64,000 bases of DNA from Octopus sinensis (taxonomy: Eukaryota): NCBI RefSeq assembly GCF_006345805.1, contig NC_043000.1:71052001-71116000 (forward strand), written 5' to 3'. Under the pieces are notes generated by a model, which was not told the origin of the DNA, made no database searches, and worked only from the letters and a program-made list of their open reading frames with translations. The position numbers and the translations under genes were made by a program. Positions 63,400 to 64,000 of the stretch are shown piece by piece; the first letter of the stretch is position 1, and each line of letters opens with the position of its first letter.

Positions 63400-64000
63400 A
63401 TATATACTACATTTGAACCAACAATGGATTGCTAACATTCTGAAAGCTTTATGATGCCGGATTTTTCAAAATAATGTTATTTGAAATTTTAGTGTGTCCA
63501 ATGAATCAAAGCATTTGCTTCCAATGAAATATTCCAAGCTTTGAAATGAGTAAAAGCCTGAAGCTGTGAGGTCAGGAGAATACAGGGTATATGCAAGCTT
63601 TTCTCAGCCAAACTCTTCAATCTTGGAACAAGTGATTCTTGTAGTATGGGGCACATATTATCATGATAAAGAATAACTCACTTTATAATGACTAAAGAGC
63701 ACCTCTTCTTAAATTTTTCATCCGATTGATCAAGTTGTTCATAGTAAGCTTTAGTTATGTTTGTTTGGTACAGTTGCAGGATTTCAAAGTGGTAACAAGG
63801 TGATCCAAAAATGGTGAATGAACTCTTAAATGAAGAACAATGCAGAATTGACAAATAAACTTTGTGATCTCTAAGTTTGTGAAGAATTCAATCATTGAAC
63901 TTAGACACCATTCCAAGTTTTTGAAAATAGCAATAGATAGTTGATGATGATAATGAAATTAAGCTCTTTTGTTATATCTTCATCTGTTGCATTGCCATTT
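63400..64000 (-). pseudogene. Mariner (DD34D) transposase remnant running off the window edge
   Basis: Minus-strand VILYHDNMCP (HDNARPH-like) and YSPDLTASGFYSFQSL (YSPDLAPSD motif). Confidence 0.75.

Overview
AT-rich animal genomic DNA, almost entirely transposon-derived. The mix of RTE LINEs with (GAT)n tails, tRNA-derived SINEs and long TA/TG/TATG microsatellites resembles an octopus/cephalopod genome (inference, not verified). No host protein-coding gene could be identified; there are only a few weak exon candidates. Main content: (1) A near-complete, very compact (~4.2 kb) Ty3/Gypsy LTR retrotransposon at 24222-28426 with a clear -1 frameshift cassette (G GGA AAC, 7-nt spacer, predicted H-type pseudoknot). 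Its LTRs are mosaic and carry a splice donor, and it lacks a TSD and a canonical PBS. A decayed relative with a different LTR lies at 4.7-7.3 kb. (2) Two Penelope-like (GIY-YIG) remnants, one bracketed by ~200-bp inverted repeats, and three hammerhead-ribozyme motifs (12.0, 13.7 and 63.2 kb) that the ORF track cannot show. (3) Many RTE fragments and three R4/Dong-like RLE LINE fragments. (4) DNA transposons: hAT MITE, mariner derivatives, a TTAA-flanked piggyBac deletion derivative, and a mirror-arranged Helitron nest around a PIF1-type helicase fragment. (5) A ~1.9-kb foldback structure with ~625-bp near-identical modular arms, and a ~3-kb AT minisatellite with a duplicated SINE that may be an assembly artefact. 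Boundaries of decayed elements are approximate. All alignments and folds were done by eye.
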